A stretch of DNA of 64,000 nt from Promethearchaeota archaeon. Lineage in GTDB: Archaea; Asgardarchaeota; Lokiarchaeia; Sigyniarchaeales; SOKP01. The stretch spans positions 64,001 to 128,000 of the forward strand of contig JAEOSU010000076.1 of assembly GCA_016840165.1 (NCBI GenBank). The letters run 5' to 3'. The translations under genes and the position numbers were made by a program. The notes beneath the pieces were generated by a model, which searched no databases, was not told the origin of the DNA, and saw only the letters and a program-made list of their open reading frames with translations. Shown here piece by piece: positions 47,452-58,059 of this stretch; the stretch's first letter is position 1; each line of letters opens with the position of its first letter.

Positions 47452-49353
47452 GTGATTATGGTTAATGATGAGAAGAAACTTCTTGTAATTGGTATCGATC
47501 AAGCTATTCCCTATCTTCTTAATAAATTCCTAAAAGAGGGATTACTTCCTAATATCGAAAATTTGGTGAATAATGGGGTCATTGGAGAAGGCTATTCTTG
47601 TCCTCCTTGCGATACTCCTACAAATTGGACAACGATAGCTACAGGAGCCACGACAGCGGTTCATGGAGTGACAAGCTTTTATATGCATCTTCCTGGTGAG
47701 CCTCTTGATTTAGGAATGAAATATCGATCAAGAACACAACTATATAAAAATTGTAAAGCACAATATTTATGGAATGTAGCGGATAGCAATGGATATAAGC
47801 CTTTTGTTTTGAATTACCCTTCTGGTTGGCCAAATGTATTTAAAAATGGAGTAATGAGCTTATTTACTTGGAATATTCCTGAATCCTTACCCAAAATGTT
47901 GATTTCAACTGAAATCTATAAGATCGTATCAAACACACAGTCTTATTTAAAAAATGGTGAGATCTCAGAATATATTTTTGAAAATATCCAGAGTCTTACC
48001 CAAAATCTAAAAATGTCAATTGAAAGTCAAAATGCTTCTTGGAAGAATTTCAAAATTGAGTTGAATAAGAGTAAGAACCAAATGTATGATTCGATTAAAA
48101 TTAGTGGAATTGATTCTGGAAAATTTGAGATTGTTAAAGAAAATGAATGGAGCCAATGGTTAAAGTTAAATGTCAATTCAGAGTTCGGTGTTTTACCGTG
48201 TCTTTTTAGAATAAGACCGTTGAAGGTAGAAGAAAATGGCAAATATATTAAATTAGAACGTTCTGGAATCTATAATACAAAAGGATGGTCAGTACCCGAA
48301 TCATTTGGGGAAAAAATCGTGAAGAATGTGTTTGAATATGACCTACCGAAGAAAAGGGATGTCGAATTTATGATTTATGGAAAAATGAAAAATTTTCTAA
48401 AGTCAGCTAGAAATGAAAGTTTATCCTTAGTTCAAGCACTTTATTTTGCCAAAAGAGATTTTAACTGGAATTTTTGCTTCTTTCACTATCATCCATTAGA
48501 TACTATTAATCATGACCTTCTGGCGTTATTACATAAAAACTCAACTGTATATAGTGAAGCGAAAGCAAGCAAGGCACTCAAAAATGTGGAAACCGCATAT
48601 AAAATCGTCGATGAGATGGTGGGGGAATTGATGAAAAGATGTGTAGATGAAGATACAATTACTTTATTTATTTCTGATCATGGTGCAATTCCTATTTGGA
48701 AAGTAGTTAATATCACTAAAATCTTAACTGAAGCGGGATTAATTACTTATAAATTTATTCATTCTCAGAAAAAGTATATTATAGATTGGAATAAAACAAT
48801 GGTATTTCCTTATATGGAGCCTCCCTTTATCTGGGTTAATTTAGAAGGGAGAGATTCTTCAGGAATTGTTAAGCAAGAAGAATTTGAGAATGTGAGAGAC
48901 CAAATTATTGAAGTCCTTTCAAACGTAAAAGAACAAAAAACAAATGTAAAGCTGATAGATAAAGTATTAAAAAAGGAGGACGCGTCAGATTTTGGTTTGA
49001 ATGGTGAAAGAGTGGGAGATATTGTTTATTTCTTAAATCCTCCTTATGGTGTATTTGATGGCGATTTAGATGCCTTAGATGCATCTTCTTTATCTCCAAG
49101 TGCATATAATAAACCCATAACTTACAATTCCAAAAGATTTTTTGGAGCGCATGCATACTATACTCCGGACACGATTTTTGGAAATTTTTCTGTAAGCGTA
49201 CCTTTAATAATTAGTGGAAAGGGAATCGCAAGAGGAGTGTCTCTAAATAAAATTATAAAATTAACAGATATAGCTCCCACCTTATCACATTTACTTAATA
49301 TTCCAAAACCTCAGCAGGCACAAGGTAGTATTATTTACGATATCTTAGAATGA
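47452..49353 (+). CDS. Alkaline phosphatase superfamily nucleotide pyrophosphatase/phosphodiesterase
   Basis: IGIDQ, DTPTNWTTIATG, ISDHG, NLEGR, DIAPT. Confidence 0.85.
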   Translation: MIMVNDEKKLLVIGIDQAIPYLLNKFLKEGLLPNIENLVNNGVIGEGYSCPPCDTPTNWTTIATGATTAVHGVTSFYMHLPGEPLDLGMKYRSRTQLYKNCKAQYLWNVADSNGYKPFVLNYPSGWPNVFKNGVMSLFTWNIPESLPKMLISTEIYKIVSNTQSYLKNGEISEYIFENIQSLTQNLKMSIESQNASWKNFKIELNKSKNQMYDSIKISGIDSGKFEIVKENEWSQWLKLNVNSEFGVLPCLFRIRPLKVEENGKYIKLERSGIYNTKGWSVPESFGEKIVKNVFEYDLPKKRDVEFMIYGKMKNFLKSARNESLSLVQALYFAKRDFNWNFCFFHYHPLDTINHDLLALLHKNSTVYSEAKASKALKNVETAYKIVDEMVGELMKRCVDEDTITLFISDHGAIPIWKVVNITKILTEAGLITYKFIHSQKKYIIDWNKTMVFPYMEPPFIWVNLEGRDSSGIVKQEEFENVRDQIIEVLSNVKEQKTNVKLIDKVLKKEDASDFGLNGERVGDIVYFLNPPYGVFDGDLDALDASSLSPSAYNKPITYNSKRFFGAHAYYTPDTIFGNFSVSVPLIISGKGIARGVSLNKIIKLTDIAPTLSHLLNIPKPQQAQGSIIYDILE

Positions 49354-49355
49354 AT

Positions 49356-50939
49356 TTATTCATCTTGAATATATGGTTTATGCATCTCTAGACAGATTTG
49401 AGCTCTTTCTAATTCTCTTCCTAAATAGTTAAGATGTTCAAGATTTTGAGTAAGATCTAAGCCAATAAATTTCTTACATAATGCTTCAGCATTAGTGCCG
49501 ATGAGAGTTTTTAAGAGTTTATTTTCATTGGAATAAAATTGTAAATATATTTTTTTATCGTATTGCTCAACATAGATTCGAAAATAGCCATTTTTATCGG
49601 GAGTATAAGGGATATTTTCCGATTTCACATTTAAAACGTTATAAAGATCGATTTTTGGTATCTTCTGACGGGTCTTTCCTTTTGATCGAAAAACCATAAT
49701 TCCTTGGTTAATAGGAGGAGATTTTCGATATTGGGCTAAAAAGTTCAATTTCACACTTTCTTTTAGTTCTGAGATTCCTCCCATTAATTTTACACTGTGC
49801 TCTACCGAGAAAAGGATCCCAATTCCTAACTCAATGGCAATACTTGCTAGAAGTCCATTTACTCCTACTGAATCAATATCCATTAGTTCAACCACATTTG
49901 AAATACCAAAGAAAAGAGGTAATTGAAATGATTTATTTTTCTTTTCACCAACCATTTTATTATACAAAAAATAAGACTCTAAAGAATTGCAAATCCCAGG
50001 CGATATAGGAGTTTCTAATAGTGGATCCGCAATCAGTTTTTGAAATCCTTTGTCTTGCAAGATTTTGGTTAAATTAAATAAATTCTCAACTCTATCCTTT
50101 GGATTTCTGGGAAAATAAGCATTCTTAATGTCTGTTGGCAAAATAACTATTGGTATAGTTTTAGGAATATCTAAAAACTCTTTATAATTACCTAAATCAA
50201 AGCTAAGGATCATATCAATATCAGAATTGATAGCGGCCATAATCTCCGATTTATCCATTGAATCTATACTGAGTAACACATCAAAATTACGGCGAATAGT
50301 ATCAATAATATTAGGGATTTTTTCTGGATATACTTTATTTGCCACACATCCAATATCAATAATATCTGCTCCAGATTCAATATAGTGTTTCACCTTCTTA
50401 AGAATATTTTTTTCCGTTCTTTCGGTACAATTTACTATTTCTGCAATAATAGGAGGAGGGAGATGAGGGGAGATCATTATGTCTGATTTCTTTTTATTTA
50501 TATAAAACGAAGTAGTACTAATTTCTTTCTCAGCAATTTTTTTTTGTTCCTCTAAAATCGTATAATATTCTTTTTCACCAGACATTTCAATCAACTTATT
50601 AGCAGGTACTTTTCCTGAAAGCGTTATATTTTCAAGATTCTTGAGAATAAAGGGTAAATCTGAGGCAAACTCGGGACCTTTTTTTACTTCAACCCCATAT
50701 TTTTGTTCTAACGATTTTGCATCCCATTGTACAAATCCCGGCAATAAAATTAAATCATAATCAGAAAGAGATACCTTATTAAGGATGTCCATAACGATAT
50801 CGTTAGTAAGAAAAGCAGAAATCGTTATTGGTGCTTTAAATACATCTATCTTATATTTTTTAATTGGTTTGATTACTTTTGAGATAATAGGAAAACTGCT
50901 TGTACCGGTGATGATTAATATGTGCTTATCCAAAATCAC
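49356..50939 (-). CDS. Dihydropteroate synthase-like protein (archaeal MptH/Orf20 type, C-terminal DUF4346-like)
   Basis: GADIIDIG, SIDS, ADPLL, FFGISNVVELMDIDSVGVN, HLNYLGREL. Confidence 0.87.
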   Translation of the reverse strand: MILDKHILIITGTSSFPIISKVIKPIKKYKIDVFKAPITISAFLTNDIVMDILNKVSLSDYDLILLPGFVQWDAKSLEQKYGVEVKKGPEFASDLPFILKNLENITLSGKVPANKLIEMSGEKEYYTILEEQKKIAEKEISTTSFYINKKKSDIMISPHLPPPIIAEIVNCTERTEKNILKKVKHYIESGADIIDIGCVANKVYPEKIPNIIDTIRRNFDVLLSIDSMDKSEIMAAINSDIDMILSFDLGNYKEFLDIPKTIPIVILPTDIKNAYFPRNPKDRVENLFNLTKILQDKGFQKLIADPLLETPISPGICNSLESYFLYNKMVGEKKNKSFQLPLFFGISNVVELMDIDSVGVNGLLASIAIELGIGILFSVEHSVKLMGGISELKESVKLNFLAQYRKSPPINQGIMVFRSKGKTRQKIPKIDLYNVLNVKSENIPYTPDKNGYFRIYVEQYDKKIYLQFYSNENKLLKTLIGTNAEALCKKFIGLDLTQNLEHLNYLGRELERAQICLEMHKPYIQDE

Positions 50940-52014
50940 TCATCTGTGTTTTATCAAAAGGAATATATATATCATCTAATATAGAACCTGTTGCTTCCTT
51001 TAATCTTAAATTATCAATAATTGGCTTAAATTCTCCGTCTAATAGACCATTGGCTATGAAAGCTGCTCCTTGTGCCGCACGCTTTGATAAGTGACTATAG
51101 GTCTTCATGAGTCTTACGGGAGCGATATCTTTCAGATTTGAGATTATTATCTCCCTAAGATATGCTAAGTTTGCACCTCTCCCCGCTAATAAAATCTCTT
51201 GGATATTGGATCTACTGGCAAATGAAGAAGAAATTGCATAAACTGCTTTTTTTACACTTGAAATATAGGCTTCAAGAGCAACCCTAGTCTGATCATCTCT
51301 TTCAGCCAGAAGCATTATTTCTTCTAAGCTTAGATCTTCATAACCAGCAATATAGGAAACACCACCCTTGTAAATATTTTTCTTTTTAATAGTTTTAATA
51401 AGATATGCTAATTCACCGTCCAAACTGCCACATGCTTTGAATCCCATAATATTAGAACCACCAATTCCATCAATTATTCGTCCTTTTTCAATAGCTAAAA
51501 CCGCAGTAAACCCATACCCTATTTCTACCATGATAAAATTAGTTTTTTGAGGAGGTATCTGAAGGCTCTCCATTTGATCCCGAATACCGGTAACAGCTGT
51601 ACATAGTTTATCTGCGGTCCCCATATCAATTTTATTAATTTTCCTATATCTAGGTATAGTCGGTAAATGTTTTACTCCAGGAACAATTATTCCAGGGATT
51701 TTTTCTGCTTTAATTAGGCGTAAAACCTCCCCTAAACCTATTAATTTTTCTTTCTCATCTTGTTTAAACTTTAAGAGTGTATAATGAATGTCTCTTTCAG
51801 TTAAATCTTCAACATTTTTTAAGGGAAGTCCAAAACCACTAGGGGCCACCATTAAATCAATTTTTTCAACAGATTTAATTATTGTAATTGCCTTTTGTGG
51901 TTCTTTAATTAATTCTTTTGATGGTAAAGAAGTATCGAGAATAATCTCATCATTATTTAATCCAAAAAAATCCCAGCTCAGTGATCCCGGATCAATTCCT
52001 ATAACGCGAAACAA
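50926..52014 (-). CDS. DUF1464 (ASKHA / butyrate-kinase-like) protein of C1-cofactor biosynthesis clusters
   Basis: GIDPGS, APSGFG, PGVKHLPTIP.YRKINKIDMGTADK, DGIGG, LDGELAY. Confidence 0.87.
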   Translation of the reverse strand: MFRVIGIDPGSLSWDFFGLNNDEIILDTSLPSKELIKEPQKAITIIKSVEKIDLMVAPSGFGLPLKNVEDLTERDIHYTLLKFKQDEKEKLIGLGEVLRLIKAEKIPGIIVPGVKHLPTIPRYRKINKIDMGTADKLCTAVTGIRDQMESLQIPPQKTNFIMVEIGYGFTAVLAIEKGRIIDGIGGSNIMGFKACGSLDGELAYLIKTIKKKNIYKGGVSYIAGYEDLSLEEIMLLAERDDQTRVALEAYISSVKKAVYAISSSFASRSNIQEILLAGRGANLAYLREIIISNLKDIAPVRLMKTYSHLSKRAAQGAAFIANGLLDGEFKPIIDNLRLKEATGSILDDIYIPFDKTQMSDFG

Positions 52015-52193
52015 GAGAAATCAGATTTCATTAAAATTGAATATATAATTCTTTTATACTTATTAGTTTATAATTATTGCTAAAGATATTATACTGACTT
52101 TTAGTTCATAGTGATTAAATATTAATAAACTAAAAAATTCATTTCCAAATAATTTAAAATTGAATTAAATCAAATAATATTAAAAAAAGAAAG

Positions 52194-52733
52194 GTGTTCA
52201 AAATTACTGTGGTAGATGTTTATGTATGTAAAATTTGTGGAGAAGCATATATTGGAGAGAAGATGCCCACGCATTGTCCTTTTTGTGGGGCTCATAAAAA
52301 GTATTTAGTGAAAGCCAGAGATTATGATGACACGGGTGCTTGGGAAGTAGATTTAAATGAAAAAGATAGAATAAACGCAGAGAAAGCTTTAGAAGTTGAA
52401 ATCTCTAACACTATATTCTACAAATGCGCAAGTCAAAAAACTCCAAGTTTAGAAGGTCAAAAATTATTTAAAATATTATCTAAAGTAGAAAATGAACATG
52501 CTTCTGTCTGGAAGAAAATTTTAAAATTAGAGAAAATTGAACTTCCAAAATATGATGCGTGTGCTTCTGAGTACATCCCAAATCTAGAGGAATCTCATTC
52601 TCGAGAAGAGAGAGCGATTAATTTTTACAAACAAGCAGCAGTAGAATCTGCGAATCCTCGAGTGAGAGAAATTTTTCAAGCTTTTGTAGAGGTAGAAACC
52701 GATCATCTCCAATTATCTGAAAAAAGACTTTAA
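52194..52733 (+). CDS. Reverse rubrerythrin-like protein (rubredoxin plus ferritin-like diiron domain)
   Basis: CKICGE..CPFCGA; E..ExxH pairs (VENEH, VETDH). Start may be 52203 or 52209. Confidence 0.87.
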   Translation: MFKITVVDVYVCKICGEAYIGEKMPTHCPFCGAHKKYLVKARDYDDTGAWEVDLNEKDRINAEKALEVEISNTIFYKCASQKTPSLEGQKLFKILSKVENEHASVWKKILKLEKIELPKYDACASEYIPNLEESHSREERAINFYKQAAVESANPRVREIFQAFVEVETDHLQLSEKRL

Positions 52734-52807
52734 TAGAGCTTTTTTATTTTTTTTAGATAATTTTTAATTAACTGTGAAGGATTTATTTAATTAATTCATT
52801 TTTTAAA

Positions 52808-53542
52808 TTGTCGTTATCCATGGAAGTAAAATATCAAAATCTTGGAATCAAAGAAGACTATTTGTATGAAATATTAGCAACAACTTTTTCTTTCAAGGAT
52901 AATGACTTAATTCCAAATACTTCATGTATGGGAATAAAAATAATTAATAATACCATAATCATCAAACCCTATCATAATACTAAAACTTACAAAAATTTAA
53001 AAAACAACTCTTTAATTTGTATTAATCTTGTGGAAGATATTTATTTATACGCATTAGCAGCCTTGAAAGGACCGTTTCTCTCAAAAAGAGATTATACTTT
53101 TCTAGAGAAAGATTATGATTATTATAGTCTAAAAAGTAATCAAAAGATCTTTAAGCATCTAAGAACAAATCAAATTCCTTACCTTAGAGAATCATGGGCA
53201 ATAATAATCTGCAGAACGAAAAAAGCTGTAGAAATTAATAAAGAGGATATTTTTGGATCAGTCAATCTTACTGAATTTACTTTAGAGATACTTTCTATAC
53301 TAAAGTTTAAAGATTCATACAAATTGTATAATAGAGCTGAGAATTTAACTTTGGAAGCACTTATTTTAACTACTCGGCTTAAAATTGCTCGTGAAAAAAA
53401 TGACAATGATCTAATAAATCATTTTCAAAATAAAATTAGAGATATTATTAGCAATATTAAAGAATTCAGTAAAAATCCAGATGTATCAAAATCAATTAAT
53501 CTTATTAAAGAATTTGTTAGGAATTTAAATTTAGAGTTCTAA
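52808..53542 (+). CDS. DUF447 family protein
   Basis: YEILATT, PNTSCMGI, T.TYKNL, YNRA....LEALI..TR. Confidence 0.8.
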   Translation: MSLSMEVKYQNLGIKEDYLYEILATTFSFKDNDLIPNTSCMGIKIINNTIIIKPYHNTKTYKNLKNNSLICINLVEDIYLYALAALKGPFLSKRDYTFLEKDYDYYSLKSNQKIFKHLRTNQIPYLRESWAIIICRTKKAVEINKEDIFGSVNLTEFTLEILSILKFKDSYKLYNRAENLTLEALILTTRLKIAREKNDNDLINHFQNKIRDIISNIKEFSKNPDVSKSINLIKEFVRNLNLEF

Positions 53543-53916
53543 GATATCTTTTCGATATACATAAGCGGATAGCTTAAATCTTTTATCCATTTTATCGCAG
53601 CTTTAATTTTTACTGATTCATATTCCAGATCAATTTCCGCATTAATAATTTCCCCTGATATATCATCATAAGCAAATTCAGTTTTTTTATCTCCAATTAT
53701 CTTATCTTTATTGAGGTGTATTTTTATGTTTTTAACATAAGGTTGGCAAGAAATAGAAGCTTCAATCCCTTTCTCAATAGATTTTATAATATCTACATTT
53801 GAAGATATTGGTAGACCACATAATATATGATAAAGCGCACCCAGCTTTATTCCCACTTCAAAACAAGCTCTTTCTCTTTCAGAAAGATTTTTAGGAAAAT
53901 AGTTATTTATCGACAT
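53539..53916 (-). CDS. mptD: Archaeal dihydroneopterin aldolase (MptD)
   Basis: ERACFEVGIKLGALYH, IEASISCQPYV, YPLMYI. Confidence 0.85.
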   Translation of the reverse strand: MSINNYFPKNLSERERACFEVGIKLGALYHILCGLPISSNVDIIKSIEKGIEASISCQPYVKNIKIHLNKDKIIGDKKTEFAYDDISGEIINAEIDLEYESVKIKAAIKWIKDLSYPLMYIEKIS

Positions 53917-54929
53917 TAATTCTCATTTAAAATTTCAATTTTAGCTCCAAAATTATTTGGTTTACAAATATAAATATGACCTCCAAATCCGCTTATCAGT
54001 TTTTGAACTTCTTTCAACAGAAGATGAGCCTCTTCATCTGATTCAGTTATTGCAACAACACTAGGGCCGAATGATGACATTCCATAAGCTTTCAGCCCAA
54101 GATGCTCAAAAAAATTCAAAATTTTCTTTACTATGTCATGTTGAAGATCAATTTCAATTTTTTTAAATCCAATAGATTGAATTCTTTTTAATCCTTCACC
54201 AAAACAAATAATATCCTTTTTGAGAATTCCAGGAATAATTTTCATTAATATTTGATGTGATACTTCATTAACTTCATTTTTTGGAATTGGTGCATGTTTA
54301 TGGAATATGCTTACTTCCTCATCACCATAAGCTCCCTTTTTCACATTAGGAATCACTAAAACAAAACGCCAATGTTCCGGAATAGGATGTCTAAATATTG
54401 TAAGAGCTGGGTCTGCAGAAGTGGAAGCAGAGGATGGTAGATAGGTCTCTTTTTCCTTTCCAAGACCAAAATCATGTCCCGCATCAACGATGAATCCACC
54501 GCTCTCAAAACCTCTCCAACCTATACCGGAAGTACCTCCCCGTTCCATAAGTTTAGTTAATTTTTTTATTGATATGTTATTAATTTGCTTTAATTTCATA
54601 ATAGCTGTGGCAATAGCTAATGATAATTGAGTTTTAGAGCCTAATCCAACATGGCTTGGATAATATCGTTTCAGAGAAAAATGAAAATTTTTATTACTAA
54701 TATTAAATGTTTTAAACACTTTCGAAGCTTTTTCATTAATGACTTCTATGGATTCCCTGTAATATTTATGAGCTTCTATCTTGAACTCTTCAGCATGATT
54801 TGAAGCTTCGAATACAACATTAGGTCTATCAAGCATTAATCCAATCCCGCCATCGATTCTATTTGTATAGCCATTCTCATCTATTAAGGAAAGATGTATC
54901 CGACAAGGAGTGGTTATGCGAATTTTCAT
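53916..54929 (-). CDS. mptG: Beta-ribofuranosylaminobenzene 5'-phosphate (RFA-P) synthase, GHMP family
   Basis: TPCRIHLSLID, RIDGGIG, HVGLGSKTQ, RGGTSGIG, GGFIVDAGH, GMSSFGP. Confidence 0.9.
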   Translation of the reverse strand: MKIRITTPCRIHLSLIDENGYTNRIDGGIGLMLDRPNVVFEASNHAEEFKIEAHKYYRESIEVINEKASKVFKTFNISNKNFHFSLKRYYPSHVGLGSKTQLSLAIATAIMKLKQINNISIKKLTKLMERGGTSGIGWRGFESGGFIVDAGHDFGLGKEKETYLPSSASTSADPALTIFRHPIPEHWRFVLVIPNVKKGAYGDEEVSIFHKHAPIPKNEVNEVSHQILMKIIPGILKKDIICFGEGLKRIQSIGFKKIEIDLQHDIVKKILNFFEHLGLKAYGMSSFGPSVVAITESDEEAHLLLKEVQKLISGFGGHIYICKPNNFGAKIEILNEN

Positions 54930-55122
54930 ACTAATGATACTGAGATATTTTTGAAGCTAAGATTAAGAATTTTTACAATAATTTAAAGTTAATATTTCAA
55001 CTTTTTTCAAGAGTATAATTATTATGAAATTTTCAAAAAGAAACAAATTATAAAAAAAAAGAATCTTATTTTTTATCTAATAAGTGAGATATTCAGGCTT
55101 ATAGACACTTTTGTCATAGATT

Positions 55123-55494
55123 ATGATAGATATTTTTATTGTTGAAGATGATAGTTCATTGAGAATGCTTTATGAGAAAGCTCTCGCATTAAATGGATAT
55201 AATATTCTTGGTTCTGCAAGAGATGGTCAAGAAGCAGTCCAAATGTATCAAGCATTTAAAAATAAACCTGATATTATCATAATGGACCATCGAATGCCTA
55301 TAAAAAATGGTATTCAAGCAACTAAAGAAATTTTAAAGAACCCGTCTAAAGTTAAACCAAAAGTGATTTTTGCAAGTGCAGATAATTCTATTAAAGATAT
55401 TGCATTAGAGATTGGAGTAAAAAGTTTTAAAACTAAACCATTTACACTTCAGAAACTTTTTGATAATATAAAAAAAGTTTTAGTTAATGATTAA
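55123..55494 (+). CDS. Single-domain response regulator (CheY-like)
   Basis: VEDD, IMDHRMP.KNG, SA, KPF. Confidence 0.92.
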   Translation: MIDIFIVEDDSSLRMLYEKALALNGYNILGSARDGQEAVQMYQAFKNKPDIIIMDHRMPIKNGIQATKEILKNPSKVKPKVIFASADNSIKDIALEIGVKSFKTKPFTLQKLFDNIKKVLVND

Positions 55495-55517
55495 AAATAA
55501 AAAAAAAATAAAAAAAA

Positions 55518-56558
55518 TTATTTATACTTCTGTATTTTAATAATTCGATAAATATCCTCTATCGAAGTTAAGCCAGCGATTACAGCAACCAAAATCATCA
55601 AATTACTTAAGAGATCATAAAAATCAACGCTAACTCCCTCGTTTATCCACAGACCAGAAATTTCGTCATGGTAGAACCATGGAAAAATTTGAGGATTTTG
55701 AGCTAAAAAGATAATAAGTGGGATTCCCGCGAATTTTAGAATAATTTTTACTCCATGTATTATTTGATGGATGGAAGGTTTATAATTTCCGATAATTCCT
55801 CTGGAGATATCTAAGGAAGCTTCTATAGTTAGCAACACACCAAATATTCGAATAATGAGACTAAACAAGGGATCAAGTAACCCTATGAAAATTGGTTGAG
55901 TTATGAAGAAGATCCCTGCTATTAAACCTATTCCACCAGCAATAATCTCTTCCAGTGGTTTAATAAAAGGCTTAAGTGGTTTACCAGTTCTTTTCGAAAC
56001 GGGGTATCCCTCCTCACGAGCTTTCTCCTTAAGTATTTTTTCCTTTTCCAATTCCTTTTTCGATTTAAAGTCTTCGGGAAAGTATCCTTCCATTGAAAGC
56101 ACTACGAAAATAATACTAATGACAGAAAAAGAACCTAAGAGCCCTAGTTGAATCCCTGATACAAGATTTCCAATTATAGTCCCAAAAGACGGATTTTCGA
56201 AAATGATATTAACAAGCATAGCTATAACATTTAATATAATTATTACGGCAAATACAATTGTTAATACTCGAAGGTAGAGGGGCCACATTTCCTTAGTGAT
56301 ATAAATATGAGGAGTACCACGTCTTTTATATTCTTTTGCAATAGTTTTTGGAGTACCCATGTGTTCAATAGCGTCATGGATCGACTTTAATGTAATCTCT
56401 CCCGTATTTGATAATTCTCTGGCTTTTTCCCGCAAGTGGTCTTCCAGATCGGCTAAAATTTCCTTATGCTCTTTCTTTTCTTTTAACCACTCAGGAAGAG
56501 CTTTTTTTACTTCCTTAAGATATTCTTTTATTATATTTTCACTTTCTGTATTACTCAT
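55518..56558 (-). CDS. HAAS-domain membrane protein 1
   Basis: YLKEVKKALP..EILADLEDHL..MGTPKTIAKEY, followed by about 6 TM segments; overlaps padR. Confidence 0.75.
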   Translation of the reverse strand: MSNTESENIIKEYLKEVKKALPEWLKEKKEHKEILADLEDHLREKARELSNTGEITLKSIHDAIEHMGTPKTIAKEYKRRGTPHIYITKEMWPLYLRVLTIVFAVIIILNVIAMLVNIIFENPSFGTIIGNLVSGIQLGLLGSFSVISIIFVVLSMEGYFPEDFKSKKELEKEKILKEKAREEGYPVSKRTGKPLKPFIKPLEEIIAGGIGLIAGIFFITQPIFIGLLDPLFSLIIRIFGVLLTIEASLDISRGIIGNYKPSIHQIIHGVKIILKFAGIPLIIFLAQNPQIFPWFYHDEISGLWINEGVSVDFYDLLSNLMILVAVIAGLTSIEDIYRIIKIQKYK

Positions 56559-57072
56559 CTAAAAAACCTCTTGATTTTAATTCTAGATCAATCTGATGTC
56601 CACATACATCACAAAAACTAATATCTTTAACAGACAAATCGATTTTGTTAGCGCAGTTAGGACAATAAAAGTATTGATCTTTTTTAAGTTTCACATTTAC
56701 ATCGAATAATGGTGCAATCGCTTCAGTAAGTTTTGAAAAGAATCCAGATAAGAAATTAAAAACTTTTTTTCCTTTTTCCGTAATAAAATAAAACTTTCTT
56801 CTTCTCCCGATATTTTCTCGTTCCGATTTTATCAACTCATCTTCTTCTAGTTTTCTTAAAATAGGATAAAGAGTACCCTCTTCAATGATTAAAATTTCAT
56901 TAGTTTGTTCTTGCAAATCTTTAGAAATCTGATATCCATGTACTCCCTCGTCACCATATCGCTTGATTATTGACAGGATACATAATGTTGAGATTCCACG
57001 ATTGATCTCAGATTCGAATTTTGATGCATAATCAATAAATTCAGGATCAAATCCTTTTACTCGTTTTATCAT
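56551..57072 (-). CDS. PadR-family regulator with C-terminal zinc ribbon
   Basis: HGYQI, EGTLYPILRKLE, RRKFYFITEKG; CPNC...FCDVCG. Confidence 0.92.
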   Translation of the reverse strand: MIKRVKGFDPEFIDYASKFESEINRGISTLCILSIIKRYGDEGVHGYQISKDLQEQTNEILIIEEGTLYPILRKLEEDELIKSERENIGRRRKFYFITEKGKKVFNFLSGFFSKLTEAIAPLFDVNVKLKKDQYFYCPNCANKIDLSVKDISFCDVCGHQIDLELKSRGFLDE

Positions 57073-57129
57073 TTTTTTTTCCTTCTTCTACTGTTTTTCT
57101 TTGATTTAAATGTGAATAGTATCTTTTCG

Positions 57130-57150
57130 ATACTATGCTATGTATAGTAT
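57130..57150. promoter_or_regulatory. Inverted repeat, candidate PadR operator
   Basis: ATACTAT-N7-ATAGTAT, about 60 bp upstream of the padR start. Confidence 0.5.
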
Positions 57151-57240
57151 GGGATGAATCATATTTAAATCTTTGGATCCTTATTATTTTTTAAACTAAG
57201 ATTTATTTTATTTTAGTCGTTATAATTCCTTAGAGATTTT

Positions 57241-58059
57241 ATGGAGTTATCTATTATACTTAGGAATAAGCTTGATTTGTTAATCTCATTTCTAAATAAT
57301 AAGAAAATCATTGTTGCTTTCTCTGGTGGAGTAGATAGTAGCTTATTAGCTTATCTTTCTAATCAGTATACTAAGGAAACGTTATTAATAACAGTAAAAT
57401 CGTTACTCAACCCCAGTGAGGAGATTGAAGAAGCAAAGTTGTTTGCGAAAAAATATAACATTCCTCATCAAGAAATAGTAGTAAATCTATTAGATAACGA
57501 GGATTTCGTAAATAATTACAAAGATAGGTGTTATATCTGCAAAAAGGAATTATTTGGGAAATTTGTTGAAATTAAGCAAAATAAAAACTTTAATCTAATA
57601 ATCGATGGTTCTAATGCAGATGATAAAGAAGATTTCAGACCTGGGATTAAAGCTTTAGAAGAATTAGATATCAAATCTCCATATATCTTATTTGATATAA
57701 CTAAACAAGAAATTAGAGATTTAAGTCAACATTTTAATCTAAAAACATATTCAAAACCCTCGGGTGCGTGTTTTGCATCTAGAATTCCTTATTCTCAAAA
57801 AATTACTGAAAGTAAAATTCAAATGATTCGGGAAGCAGAAAGTTATTTGAAAAGACGACTTGGTATTAATCAATTAAGAGTTAGATATCATGAGGATCGA
57901 TTAGCAAGAATTGAATTGCCTCCTAATAGAATTTCAGAAGTTCTAAATCAAAAAAGTTTAATGGAAATTAAAAGCAGATTTAAGGAATTAGGATTTGTGT
58001 ATATCACTATTGATATTGAAGGATTTCGATCTGGTTCCTTAAATGAAATCTTAAACTAA
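57241..58059 (+). CDS. larE: ATP-dependent sulfur transferase LarE
   Basis: AFSGGVDS, RCYICK, DGSNADD..DFRPG, ACFASRIPY, LRVR, GFRSGSLN. Confidence 0.92.
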   Translation: MELSIILRNKLDLLISFLNNKKIIVAFSGGVDSSLLAYLSNQYTKETLLITVKSLLNPSEEIEEAKLFAKKYNIPHQEIVVNLLDNEDFVNNYKDRCYICKKELFGKFVEIKQNKNFNLIIDGSNADDKEDFRPGIKALEELDIKSPYILFDITKQEIRDLSQHFNLKTYSKPSGACFASRIPYSQKITESKIQMIREAESYLKRRLGINQLRVRYHEDRLARIELPPNRISEVLNQKSLMEIKSRFKELGFVYITIDIEGFRSGSLNEILN

